DNA of 63,668 nucleotides, filler included, from a bacterium (GTDB taxonomy: Bacteria; UBA9089; CG2-30-40-21; SBAY01): NCBI GenBank assembly GCA_040757115.1. It is 13 parts of 13 records of this genome, joined end to end, with 100 filler letters (N's around TTAATTAATTAA, not from the genome) between each part and the next. Parts side by side here need not be neighbours in the genome. Positions count along the whole stretch, not along the records: positions 1 to 23,235 come from JBFLYA010000042.1; 12 more parts are not named here. One strand, written 5' to 3'. A program made the translations under genes and the position numbers. A model generated the notes under the pieces. That model saw only the letters and a list, made by a program, of their open reading frames with translations, made no database searches and was not told the DNA's origin. Numbering within the stretch: position 1 is the stretch's first letter; the number at the start of each line of letters is the position of its first letter. Below are positions 8,117 to 18,367 of this stretch, in pieces.

Positions 8117-9655
8117 ATGATTAAGGTTAAACGAGCATTAATTAGTGTTGCAGATAAACAAGGATTACTTAATCTGGCAAATTACCTGGTCCAGATAAAT
8201 GTTGAGATTATTTCCACAGGTGGCACTTCTAAAACCCTGCAAGAGGCAGGAATACCTGTTATTCCTGTTTCAGCAATAACTAATTTCCCGGAGATGTTAG
8301 ATGGAAGGGTAAAAACATTACATCCTAATATCCATGCAGGAATTTTAGCTCAACGCACATCAGAACATCTTAAACAACTTGAAGAACACAATATTAAACC
8401 AATTGACTTAGTTATTATTAATCTTTATCCCTTTGCCAAAACCATTGCTAAACCCAATGTTACCTTAGAAGAAGCCATTGAAAATATTGATATTGGCGGT
8501 CCAACGATGATTCGTGCTGCGGCTAAAAATTATAATTATGTCGGCGTAATCACCTCTCCTGAAAGATATGAAGATGTTCTTATGGAACTTAAGAAAAATG
8601 ATGGTTGTTTATCATTAGAATTAAGTTATAAATTAGCCTGTGAGGCATTTGCTCACACCGCTCAATATGATGCCATTATCCATCAATATTTAGAAAAAGA
8701 TTTATTCCCTCAAACCTTAAATTTAACTTATCAAAAGGCACAATCCTTAAGATATGGTGAAAATCCTCATCAGCAAGCCGCATTCTATAGAAATCCACAA
8801 AACACTATCCCGGGAGTCAGTAATGCAAAACAACTGCACGGCAAAGAACTCTCTTACAATAATCTCTTAGACCTTGATTCGGCATTAGAATTGGTCAAGG
8901 AATTTGAAGAAGATTTTGCCTGTGTTATCGTCAAACATAATAATCCTTGTGGAGTAGCGGTAACAGATAATCAACTCACAGCATATCAACTTGCTTATGA
9001 AACAGATTCAACATCTGCTTTTGGGGGAATAATTAGTTTTAATCAAGGTGTAGAAAAAGATACCGCAGAAGAATTGGTTAAAACATTTATTGAGGCAATT
9101 ATTGCCCCTGGATTTACGAAAGAGGCACTTGAAATCCTTAAAACAAAAAAGGACTTGAGGCTTTTGGAAGTAGCTCCCTGGCAAAGAAATCCCTCATATC
9201 CACTTCACTTAAGAAGTGTTGTTGGTGGATTACTTATCCAGGAGTCTGATGTCCAAAAAATCACAGCTCAAGATTTTAAAGTAGTCAGTAGACGACAACC
9301 TACACCACAAGAAATAAAGGCAATGCTTTTTGGTTGGAAGGTAGTAAAGCATATCAAATCTAATGCTATCGTTTTATGCAAAGGAGATAGAACTCTGAGT
9401 ATAGGTGCAGGTCAAATGTCAAGAGTAGATTCGGTGAAAATTGCTATTAATAAAGCAGGAAGTAACGCCTTTGGAAGTATTATGGCTTCAGATGCCTTTT
9501 TTCCTTTTAGAGATGGAATTGACCTATCTGATAGAGCGGGTGTTAGAGCCGTAATTCAACCCGGCGGCTCCATTAGAGACGAAGAAATAATCAAGGCAAT
9601 AGATGAATATGGTATGGCAATGGTATTTACTGGTGTGAGACATTTTAGACATTAG
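8117..9655 (+). CDS. purH: Bifunctional AICAR transformylase/IMP cyclohydrolase
   Basis: RALISVADK, STGGT, GRVKTLHP, IDIGGP, LRYGENPHQ, KHNNPCG, ASDAFFPF, RHFRH. Confidence 0.98.
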   Translation: MIKVKRALISVADKQGLLNLANYLVQINVEIISTGGTSKTLQEAGIPVIPVSAITNFPEMLDGRVKTLHPNIHAGILAQRTSEHLKQLEEHNIKPIDLVIINLYPFAKTIAKPNVTLEEAIENIDIGGPTMIRAAAKNYNYVGVITSPERYEDVLMELKKNDGCLSLELSYKLACEAFAHTAQYDAIIHQYLEKDLFPQTLNLTYQKAQSLRYGENPHQQAAFYRNPQNTIPGVSNAKQLHGKELSYNNLLDLDSALELVKEFEEDFACVIVKHNNPCGVAVTDNQLTAYQLAYETDSTSAFGGIISFNQGVEKDTAEELVKTFIEAIIAPGFTKEALEILKTKKDLRLLEVAPWQRNPSYPLHLRSVVGGLLIQESDVQKITAQDFKVVSRRQPTPQEIKAMLFGWKVVKHIKSNAIVLCKGDRTLSIGAGQMSRVDSVKIAINKAGSNAFGSIMASDAFFPFRDGIDLSDRAGVRAVIQPGGSIRDEEIIKAIDEYGMAMVFTGVRHFRH

Positions 9656-9732
9656 ATTATTAGTTTCCTTATCCCCTTTATTTCCCTTTTCTGATTTTAA
9701 GCACTAAGCAAAGGAGGTGATAAAAAAAGTAT

Positions 9733-10220
9733 GTAAGAGTTCAGATAGGATAAATAGGGCTTCACGAAATTATAAACTAAGTAATCGGTTAAATGGTAAC
9801 TGGTAACTAATTACCATTCACCAGTTACCAATTACCAGAAATAAGGAGAAAGGGAGAAGATGGAGAAGTGGAGAAAAGAAGAGTTAAGTGATAGGATTAT
9901 TAATGCCTGTATTAATGTCCATAAAAAGTTAGTCTCGTGTTGAACAAATAACGCACGGAATTTGATTCTGGTAACTGGTGATTGGTAACTGGTAATTAAA
10001 TACCGTTCGGCTGAGCTCAGGACGAAACTATTTAACCAATTACCAGTTACCAATTATCCGTTTGCAGGTTACGAAACCTGATGATGCCCCGTGCAAAACT
10101 TACTCAACACGACATCAGGATTGATGTCCGAAGGGTGGAGCAAGAAAAAGTTTGAGCCAATTCTCCCTTTTCCCCATTTCTCCTTGTTTACACTTCTAAT
10201 GTATAGCCCTGAACGGTTAC
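9733..10220 (+). mobile_element. Composite MITE: internally deleted GxxExxY gene with a nested second element
   Basis: Termini GTAAGAGTTCAG / CTGAACGGTTAC. MEKWRKEELSDRIINACINVHKKL (9860) and RIDVRRVEQEKV* (~10116-10154) are separated by an element with TCGTGTTGA..GCACGG / CCGTGC..TCAACACGA ends. Confidence 0.7.
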
Positions 10221-10328
10221 AAAAATATTTTCAATAGGACTTCACGAAATTAAAAGCAAGTAACTGGTAAATGGCAACTAATTACCATTCACCAATTACC
10301 AATTACCAAATAAAAGGAGGATAAAAAA

Positions 10329-11819
10329 ATGTTAAAAAGAATAAGTATCTTTTTAGGAGTAGTGATTTTAAGCGGGTTTATTGGGATAGCAAATTTAGAG
10401 GCACAAGATTATGGAATCGATATCTCCACAAATCAATCGGGTTATACCTCAGGGGATACCTTGATAGAAAGTGCCCATCTATGGAACTCAACTTTAGAAA
10501 ATAAAGTTGTAGATATAAAAAATTGGGTTAGTTGTCCTTCACCAGTGGGATTAATCTCAATTCATAACATTCCGGGGTTTTCATTACCCGCTGGGTTTGA
10601 TTTCACCGGGGATGTATTTTCCTATGTATTTGGAGGTTCTGAGCCAGAAGGAACATACAGTCTGGGAGCAAGATTAATTCATTCTGTTACTGGTGATATT
10701 TTAAGTCAGGATTTTGCCCCATTTAGTTTTGGCCCTGTTGCTATGAAGGAATGGACCTATCTGGTCTATATTGCGGCGGATAATAATTTAGAAGATGCAG
10801 GGATTGATGATTTTCTTGAAATGGCAACAGTTGGCTCGAGTGATGATGTAAATATAGTTGTTCAGTTTGACCGTATTTCCGGGTATGATACAAGTTATGA
10901 AGATTGGAAAACTACAAAGAGATTTTTAATTACGCCGGGTATGACGCCGACACCAGCAAATGCTTTAATGGACATAGGTGAGGCAAATATGGGCGATATG
11001 CAGGTATTAAAAGACTTTGTGGAATGGGGAATGACCAATTATCCTGCAAATAAATATGCCCTTGTGCTCTGGAATCACGGCAGTGGCATATTGCCAAAAT
11101 TGGGAGAACAAGCAGTCAGAGGTGTATGCTGGGATGATACAAATGGTGGTTATTTAACGATGGATGAGGTAGAAACAGCACTCTCTGGCAAAATGATGAA
11201 TTTCTTAGGTTATGATGCGTGTTTGATGGCGATGATTGAGGTTGCTTATGAACCTAAAGTCTCATCAGAGATAATGGTGGGTTCGGAAGAAACCGAGCCA
11301 TGGGATGGTTGGCCATATGACCCAATTCTGGCACAACTGGTTGTTAATCCGGGTATGGATGCCGCTTTCTTAGGTTCAATTACGGTAAGAGAGTATATTA
11401 ATTCTTATGCAGGGGATCCTTATGTAACATTATCTGCGATCCAGACTACAGCCGCTCTGGATAATTTAGCCACTGCGGTAAGTAACCTGGCAGATGCGAT
11501 GGTTGCCTGCGGACAATGGACTAACATTAAAGCCGCTCGCTTAGCCGCAGAAGACTTTGGAACTGGCGTTGACCTCTATGATTTTGCCGAAGAGATTTAC
11601 TATCGAGTTACAGACCCTACGGTTCAAAGTGCCGCAATAGCGGTAGGAAATGCGATTAATAATGCGGTCATTGCCGAAGCACATTACTCAGGTCATCCAG
11701 GTGCCCATGGGATAGTTATATATTTCCCAACCACCGGTCCTTCAGCAAGTTATCTTTCGACTAACTTTGCAATTAATACAACCTGGGATGAATTTTTAGC
11801 TGAATACGCAACCCATTAA
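10329..11819 (+). CDS. Secreted clostripain-related cysteine peptidase (family C11)
   Basis: Signal peptide; WTYLVYIAADNNLE, LVLWNHGSG, GYDACLM, GSEETEP..GWPY. Confidence 0.9.
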   Translation: MLKRISIFLGVVILSGFIGIANLEAQDYGIDISTNQSGYTSGDTLIESAHLWNSTLENKVVDIKNWVSCPSPVGLISIHNIPGFSLPAGFDFTGDVFSYVFGGSEPEGTYSLGARLIHSVTGDILSQDFAPFSFGPVAMKEWTYLVYIAADNNLEDAGIDDFLEMATVGSSDDVNIVVQFDRISGYDTSYEDWKTTKRFLITPGMTPTPANALMDIGEANMGDMQVLKDFVEWGMTNYPANKYALVLWNHGSGILPKLGEQAVRGVCWDDTNGGYLTMDEVETALSGKMMNFLGYDACLMAMIEVAYEPKVSSEIMVGSEETEPWDGWPYDPILAQLVVNPGMDAAFLGSITVREYINSYAGDPYVTLSAIQTTAALDNLATAVSNLADAMVACGQWTNIKAARLAAEDFGTGVDLYDFAEEIYYRVTDPTVQSAAIAVGNAINNAVIAEAHYSGHPGAHGIVIYFPTTGPSASYLSTNFAINTTWDEFLAEYATH

Positions 11820-11837
11820 TCAATACAAAGTAAAAAT

Positions 11838-12083
11838 GTAACCGTTTAGGTAATCCTTTACCGCAGAGACGCAGAGAAACAGAGAGGAAAATATCTTTTT
11901 TTCGTGTTTATCGCGTTCTTCGGTGTTTAAAAAGGCTTAAAAACAGTTAGTCAAAAGTAAGTATTAAAAGATTAATAAACAACGAAAGCCTCGAGAGGCA
12001 CACAAAAAAAGGAAATTTCTGTCTCTGGTGAATAGATTTTAATTTTTTCTCTGCGTCTCTGTGTCTCTGCGGTGAACAGTTAC
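11838..12083 (-). mobile_element. GTAAC-family MITE (inverse copy of 59421-59656)
   Basis: GTAACCGTTTAG...TGAACAGTTAC termini; internal CCGCAGAGACGCAGAG inverted repeats. Confidence 0.8.
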
Positions 12084-12183
12084 CCATCTCCTTTCTTACG
12101 CTTAAGAAAGACTTCTCTAAAATCCTACTTCTTCCCATTCCTGAGATAGAGTTATTATTTACTTAAGGAGTAAAAAATAAATC

Positions 12184-13503
12184 ATGAGGTATCATTTTGT
12201 CGGTATTGGTGGAAGTGGAATGAGTGCCTTAGCCCAAATACTTTCCGACGCTAATGTCTCAGGCTCGGATAGATATTATGATTCAGGCATTAATACCGAA
12301 CTTTTTGATAAACTTAAAACTGCAGGAATCTCTGTATTTAAACAAGATGGTTCTGGAATTAAAGAAGATGTTAATAAAGTCATAGTCTCTACCGCTATTG
12401 AAGATGACAATCCTGATATTAAAAAAGCCAGAGAGAAAAATATACCTGTTATGAGGCGGGCAGAACTATTAGCTGAGATTTTCAATGCCAGTAAGGTAGG
12501 AATTGCCGTTACCGGCACAAGTGGGAAAACAACTACTACGGCAATGATTGGCTTTATCCTGCATCAACTTGGGTTAGCACCAACGATTATCAACGGCGGG
12601 ATAATGAAAGATTTCAACAATAATTGTTTGAAAGGTAATTCAGAATTAATGGTCATCGAGGCAGATGAAAGCGATGGTTCTTGTGGTTTATATAAACCAA
12701 CTATTGGCGTGGTGACAAATATTCACCTTGACCATAAATCCTTAGATGAACTGGAAGTTATTTTCTCCAAATTTGCCACAAATGTTAAAGAAACGCTTAT
12801 TTTAAATGCAGATTGTCATCCAGATTTAAAATCAAAAACGAGTTTTGGCATTGAAAAAAAGGCAACCATTCATCCAACAAAATTAAAATTATACCCACAA
12901 AAATCTCATTTCTCCCTTGAAAATACCCAATATATCCTTCCCTTACCGGGAATTCATAATGTTTATAATGCTTTAGCGGCTATTGCCGTGGTTAAGACTT
13001 TAGGTTTTAGCAACAAAGAAATAAGTGAAGCGTTGGGTAAGTTTAAAGGGATAAAAAGGCGATTTGAGATAGTCGGCAAAAAAAAGGGAATTACGGTCAT
13101 AGATGATTATGCCCATAATCCGGACAAGATTAAAGCCACACTTATTACCCTTAAAGGACAGTTCCCAAAAGTTATCGTTATTTTCCAACCACATGGTTTT
13201 GGTCCAACTCGATTATTAAAACAAGGATTTATCCAGGTATTTAAAGAAGAATTAAGACCACAGGATATTTTATATATGCCAGAGATTTACTATGTCGGCG
13301 GCACAGTGACAAAGGATATTTCTTCAAATGACATTATTATCGCTTTGCAAAAAGAGGGTTTACAGGCAATCTATTGCCCGGAGCGAAGAAAGATAATTCC
13401 TCAGGTTATTGAAAAGGTTTCATCTGGCGATGCGGTAATCATTATGGGAGCACGGGATGATACCTTATCTAAATTTTGCCTGGATATTTTAGCGGAATTA
13501 TAG
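12184..13503 (+). CDS. murC: Mur ligase, UDP-N-acetylmuramate--L-alanine ligase family
   Basis: HFVGIGGSGMSALA, GTSGKTTT, EADESDG, DDYAHNP, FQPH. Confidence 0.8.
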   Translation: MRYHFVGIGGSGMSALAQILSDANVSGSDRYYDSGINTELFDKLKTAGISVFKQDGSGIKEDVNKVIVSTAIEDDNPDIKKAREKNIPVMRRAELLAEIFNASKVGIAVTGTSGKTTTTAMIGFILHQLGLAPTIINGGIMKDFNNNCLKGNSELMVIEADESDGSCGLYKPTIGVVTNIHLDHKSLDELEVIFSKFATNVKETLILNADCHPDLKSKTSFGIEKKATIHPTKLKLYPQKSHFSLENTQYILPLPGIHNVYNALAAIAVVKTLGFSNKEISEALGKFKGIKRRFEIVGKKKGITVIDDYAHNPDKIKATLITLKGQFPKVIVIFQPHGFGPTRLLKQGFIQVFKEELRPQDILYMPEIYYVGGTVTKDISSNDIIIALQKEGLQAIYCPERRKIIPQVIEKVSSGDAVIIMGARDDTLSKFCLDILAEL

Positions 13504-13557
13504 CAGTTATAGTGGTTATTAGTCAAAATCTCTATGAGAACTTTTTGTTAATAACTA

Positions 13558-14565
13558 CTATACTTTCTCTTCAGGATACCCATCGTGTATTTCTCCGACT
13601 ATTTCTTCTAATAAATCCTCCATAGTGACTATTCCAACTATTTTTTTAGATTCATCTTTGACAATAGCCAGTTGGAGATGCCTTTTCTGAAATTCTTTAA
13701 GCAGGTCGTTGATTTTTTTAGAAGGCAAGACAAAATAAGCCGGTTTAATTAATTTTTGCCAGTTAGTCTGATTTTTAAGGCTGATTAGAAAGTCTTTAAC
13801 ATGAAGGATGCCGATAATTTCTTCTCCTTTATAAACAGGCATTCTCGAATGGCCTTCTTTAATCATCAAGGATAAGATTTTATCTGTGGAGTCTTCGTCT
13901 ATTTTCACACAAACCATCTTATTTTGTGGCGTCATTACTTCCTCTACCTTATGGTCACCAAATTCAAAGATAGAATGAATTAGTTTTTGTTCATGTGCCT
14001 TTAACACCCCTTCTCTTGCCCCAATGTCAACTATTGTTCTAATTTCTTCCTCAGTCAACTCCTTGTCTTTAATAAAAAATTTATGTTTTTCTATTAACAG
14101 AATGATTAAATGAGTTAGCCAGGATAAGACTATTTTCAATGGAGCTAAGAGGATGGAGAAATACCGCAGAGGATATGTAACCCAGGGGGCAATTTGAGAG
14201 GATTTTGTAGCGCCAAGTGTAATTGGGACAATCTCACCAAAAAATAAAATTAAAATTGTCATCACAAAAATAGCCAATCCGGTGGCTATTACCTCGTTAA
14301 TGCCAATTTTCCCACATAAATTAATGGCGATAAATGTCGCTATGGATGAGGCAGTAATATTAACCAGAGTAGTTCCGATTAGAAGGGTTGTCAGAAGTTC
14401 TTTGGGATTTTCTAATAACCTTGAAATTCTCTTTTGTGCCCTATCACTTAGCTGTTTTATTTTTAACTTTGATAGAGCAAAAAGAGCCGCCTCTGCCCCG
14501 GAAAAAAAAGCGGATAAACATAAGAGTATCCCTATACAAATCAGGAATAAGATTAAATTATCCAA
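13558..14565 (-). CDS. Hemolysin-family CNNM/CBS transporter (CorC/TlyC-like)
   Basis: SAFFSGAEAALF, GEIVP, CBS pair, MEDLLEEIVGEI. Confidence 0.9.
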   Translation of the reverse strand: MDNLILFLICIGILLCLSAFFSGAEAALFALSKLKIKQLSDRAQKRISRLLENPKELLTTLLIGTTLVNITASSIATFIAINLCGKIGINEVIATGLAIFVMTILILFFGEIVPITLGATKSSQIAPWVTYPLRYFSILLAPLKIVLSWLTHLIILLIEKHKFFIKDKELTEEEIRTIVDIGAREGVLKAHEQKLIHSIFEFGDHKVEEVMTPQNKMVCVKIDEDSTDKILSLMIKEGHSRMPVYKGEEIIGILHVKDFLISLKNQTNWQKLIKPAYFVLPSKKINDLLKEFQKRHLQLAIVKDESKKIVGIVTMEDLLEEIVGEIHDGYPEEKV

Positions 14566-14568
14566 AAA

Positions 14569-15273
14569 TTATCCCACCCCACAGATTACAAAGATTAAAA
14601 GTGTAATTAATCCGCCAACTAAAGCACCAATAACTACTTCTTGCAAGGAATGAATTCCTGTTTTCCATCTAGTGTGACAGAGTAAAATCGCAACAATCAG
14701 CACCAGTAAAGAAATAAATATATTTCTACTAACAAATGTAACAATTACCCAGATACAAAAGCTAACCGCACTATGACCTGAAGGCATTCCACCTCTCAAA
14801 AAAGTTCCTTTGCCAACACAGGCTTTAATTGCAACCACCGCGATTAAGACTAAAGATAAACTGACAAAGGACAGATGTATGGGATTATATTCTGTTCTTA
14901 TTACCACTGGAGAAGGAAGATGTATTCGATTGTATAAGATTAAATAACCAATAGATAAAGCAATTATCGAGGCAATCAATACTGCTCCGGCACCAATATC
15001 TTTAGCCGTGCCTGCGACTTTATGATGGGTATCAATAATTAAATCAACAATGGATTCTATTGCGGTATTGAGCATTTCACTAATTAACACTAAACCAATG
15101 GCAAAAAAGATTGCCACTAATTCAATTCGAGTTAAATCTAAGAATAAACTTGCCAGTAAAACAAGCACCATTACGGAGACATGCAATTGCATATTGCGTT
15201 GTGTCTTTAATCCATGAATAATGCCTGATATGGCAAAATTAAAGCTATCGGATAAGCCTTTAAATAGTTTCAT
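14569..15273 (-). CDS. dgkA: Diacylglycerol/undecaprenol kinase fused to a PAP2 phosphatase domain
   Basis: EMLNTAIESIVD, AKDIGAGAVL; C-terminal GGMPSGHS and R..TGIH. Confidence 0.85.
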   Translation of the reverse strand: MKLFKGLSDSFNFAISGIIHGLKTQRNMQLHVSVMVLVLLASLFLDLTRIELVAIFFAIGLVLISEMLNTAIESIVDLIIDTHHKVAGTAKDIGAGAVLIASIIALSIGYLILYNRIHLPSPVVIRTEYNPIHLSFVSLSLVLIAVVAIKACVGKGTFLRGGMPSGHSAVSFCIWVIVTFVSRNIFISLLVLIVAILLCHTRWKTGIHSLQEVVIGALVGGLITLLIFVICGVG

Positions 15274-15323
15274 TTTTTTATCTCGCCCTATTTTGATAAT
15301 TGGTAAATGGTAATTAAATATCG

Positions 15324-15642
15324 GTAACCGTTCAGGCTATATATCAAAAGTGTAAGAAAGGGGATAAGGAGATAAGAGTGATATGGAGATAAGATAATAG
15401 AAATAGATTGAAATTTATAGAAATAGGTAGAAATTGATTGTGGAAAACAACAAATTTCCATAAATTTCTATTAGTTTCTATTAATTTCAATTTTTTTAAT
15501 AATATCTCCCTATCTCCTTAATCTCCACATCTCCTTTTGTTACACCACCTGAACGCTTACAAAAAAAGGAAATTTCTGTCTCTGGTGAATAGATTTTAAT
15601 TTTTTCTCTGCGTCTCTGTGGCATCTTGCGGTGAACGGTTAC
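15324..15642. mobile_element. Tandem GTAAC-family MITEs between ybeY and dgkA
   Basis: GTAACCGTTCAGG...CCTGAACGCTTAC (15324-15560; copies at 57758-57966 and inverse 62289-62412) plus a partial element ending GTGAACGGTTAC. Confidence 0.8.
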
Positions 15643-15663
15643 GCCATTTTAACCAATTACCAA

Positions 15664-16113
15664 TTATCCGTTTGCTGTAACCAATTTAAGTATTTCTTCC
15701 ATTCTCACAACCATTGGTTCTTCTGGTAAATTCTGCGGGCTATGGTCATAGCCTAAAATATGCAATATCCCATGAATTAAAAGGATAGTCAGTTCTTTTT
15801 CAAAACTATGTTTATATTCCTTTGCCTGGCGCAAAACGGCATCCAGAGAGATAATAATTTCACCTAATAAGAGCCTATCCAAAAAGTTGATGCTTCCATT
15901 AATTTTTCCATAGCCAAAGGCTAAAACATCTGTTGGTTTATCTATCCGGCGGTATTCTTTATTTAACCTTTGAAGCAGTTCATCATCTCCTAAGACAATA
16001 CTTACCTCGCCATTTGAGATGCCTTCATATTTCAGGGCAGTTTTAACTATCTGTTTAATCCAATTTGCCTTGAACTTCTTGTTTATCTTGTTGAGAATTG
16101 ACACCTTTAACAT
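15664..16113 (-). CDS. ybeY: rRNA maturation endoribonuclease YbeY
   Basis: LNKEYR..DKPTDVLAF, LGEIIIS, HGILHILGYDH. Confidence 0.95.
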   Translation of the reverse strand: MLKVSILNKINKKFKANWIKQIVKTALKYEGISNGEVSIVLGDDELLQRLNKEYRRIDKPTDVLAFGYGKINGSINFLDRLLLGEIIISLDAVLRQAKEYKHSFEKELTILLIHGILHILGYDHSPQNLPEEPMVVRMEEILKLVTANG

Positions 16114-18367
16114 CTTGAGTTTGCTCCGTAAATAGTGGAGATGGTTGTTGTTCCTTTTCTGGATATTCTACTCTGGCATGAAACAAGGTGATTAGAACCC
16201 TGGTGAATGCCTGGCTAATCTTATTTAAGTCTTTTAAAGTCAAGTCACATTCATCCAATTCGCCACTAATAAATCTATCATCAATGATTTTTTTAACCAA
16301 TTTTTCAATTCGGGATGTTGTTGGTTTTATCAAAGTTCTGGAAGCGGCTTCGCAGGAATCAGCCAACATCACAATTGCCGCTTCTTTACTTTGAGGTTTT
16401 GGACCTAAATATGAGAATTCTGTCTCCTTAAATTCTTGTTCTTCGGTTGTCTCTTTTTCCCTTGCCTGATGATAAAAATAAGCCATAACCGATGAACCAT
16501 GATGTTGTTGAATAATTTCGATAATTTCGTGCGGCAGACGATTTCGTTTAGCCACTTCAACACCGTCTTTGATATGGGAACGCAGGACTGAGGCAGAGAG
16601 TGTCGAACGCAGGACTTCATGGCGATTTCGTTCGAATTCTGTCTGGTTTTCTATAAAATACTCTGGTCTAATCATTTTACCAATATCGTGGTAGTAAGAT
16701 GCGACTCGGGTTAATAAATAGTTAGCGCCAATAGCATTTGCTCCAGATTCAGCTATATTTCCGACTAAAAGGCTGTGGTGATAAGTTCCCGGGGCTTTCA
16801 ATAGTAAATTTTTTAGAAGTGGGGCATTTAAGTCTGAGAGTTCAAATAAGGTAAAATTAGTGGCAATATTAAAAATACGCTCTAAATATAATAGTGACCC
16901 CATAGCAATAATAGTGGCGATAATTCCATTAGCTAAACTACCCAAAAGAAGATTTTGCTGGAGTAGTCCAAATGACTCCTGCCGAAACAGGCTATAACTA
17001 ACAATGATTACACCCTGAGCAATTGCGGCGGCCACGCCAGCTCGAATAAGGTCACCCCTTAACTTTAATTGTGATGTTGTATAGACAGCGGCTAAACTAC
17101 CAGCAACAAAAAGCAAGACAAATTCCATCCGCTCACCGACTAAAAGACCCACGCAGATATTTAAAATGACGGTGACAAATATCGCTATTTCCTGATTAAG
17201 TAAAACAGATAAAAGAATGGCAAAGGCACTCATTGGCATAAGGTGAAAAGGTAGATTAGTTGTTGAAATAACCTTAGCCAGGGCTATTGCCGTGATAATT
17301 ATTAATCCAATCAGGCTTAAGTTTTTATTACGGATTAAAAGTTGGGATTGATATTTATAAAGGTAGATAAACGATAAGATTATCAATATGTATATCAATA
17401 AGATAAATCCTAAATTCCTTGTTGTTATCGCCGCACTGCGGTGTTTGGACAATTCGGCTAATTTCATCGCCGCATCCCTATCTACTTTCTCTCCTTCGCC
17501 AACAATCTTCTCCCCTTTACTTACCTTGCACCGGATAGGTTTCACGCCTTTAATTGCCTCTTTAGAGGCTTTTTTCGTCTCTTTTTCATTAAATTTTAAA
17601 TTTAGCACAAGATAATTTTTAGCCAATTCAAATACCCCATCTTGAACTTTAGAAGAAGATATTCTCTTTGGATATAGTGGTGAAGATTCAGGTAAATCAT
17701 TCAGGAAAAAGAAGTTTTCCGTTGTCTCAACTAATTTTTCTGATGTTCCATCTGTGGCAAGAATTCTTAATCTGATTCCAATAATAGTGTCTTTTGATAA
17801 TTTATCTTTCGGGATATTGGTTATTCCATAGGTTAGCCAGGTTTTTAATAGTAAAGTTATATCTTCTTCTATTTCAGAAAGTTCTGGGTAATTTAGAATA
17901 GCCTTTAAATTTTTATCTGAAAGATTGATATTTGGGAATTTTTCTCTAAATTTTAAGCAGGTTTTTTCTAATTCAAACTTTTTTTCCTCCTTTATTTTTC
18001 TTGTTTCTTCAAATAAATTCTTTATTTTTGGAAGGACAGATGGGATAACTTTCAGGTCTAAGTTATAAACAGGATTAACCTTAGCCACAGCGGATTCCCT
18101 TGCCACTTTAGTCATAAAGGTATTCTCATATAAAAAGTCATAAGGGGCTTTAATAAGATTTGGACTGACTTCTGTTTCTTTAGGGTAGGGGGTGATAATT
18201 AAATTAGGGGTGATAAGTAGCGATAAAATGCCCAATATCAATATGATTAATAGAGTCCTGCCTGTTTTTTTACCTAAAAAAACTGATTTTAACAGGGGAA
18301 TATATTTTGAAACCCTTTCTTGTTCAAATATTTTATGTCCCTTTCTTCGCATCTTCAAACTCCTCAT
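16055..18367 (-). CDS. 7TM-HDIG membrane HD phosphohydrolase (cyclic-di-AMP phosphodiesterase PgpH-like)
   Basis: Extracellular domain, 7 TMs, APGTYHHS, YYHDIGK, QHHG, MLADSCEAA; phoH-ybeY context. Confidence 0.9.
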   Translation of the reverse strand: MRSLKMRRKGHKIFEQERVSKYIPLLKSVFLGKKTGRTLLIILILGILSLLITPNLIITPYPKETEVSPNLIKAPYDFLYENTFMTKVARESAVAKVNPVYNLDLKVIPSVLPKIKNLFEETRKIKEEKKFELEKTCLKFREKFPNINLSDKNLKAILNYPELSEIEEDITLLLKTWLTYGITNIPKDKLSKDTIIGIRLRILATDGTSEKLVETTENFFFLNDLPESSPLYPKRISSSKVQDGVFELAKNYLVLNLKFNEKETKKASKEAIKGVKPIRCKVSKGEKIVGEGEKVDRDAAMKLAELSKHRSAAITTRNLGFILLIYILIILSFIYLYKYQSQLLIRNKNLSLIGLIIITAIALAKVISTTNLPFHLMPMSAFAILLSVLLNQEIAIFVTVILNICVGLLVGERMEFVLLFVAGSLAAVYTTSQLKLRGDLIRAGVAAAIAQGVIIVSYSLFRQESFGLLQQNLLLGSLANGIIATIIAMGSLLYLERIFNIATNFTLFELSDLNAPLLKNLLLKAPGTYHHSLLVGNIAESGANAIGANYLLTRVASYYHDIGKMIRPEYFIENQTEFERNRHEVLRSTLSASVLRSHIKDGVEVAKRNRLPHEIIEIIQQHHGSSVMAYFYHQAREKETTEEQEFKETEFSYLGPKPQSKEAAIVMLADSCEAASRTLIKPTTSRIEKLVKKIIDDRFISGELDECDLTLKDLNKISQAFTRVLITLFHARVEYPEKEQQPSPLFTEQTQDVKGVNSQQDKQEVQGKLD

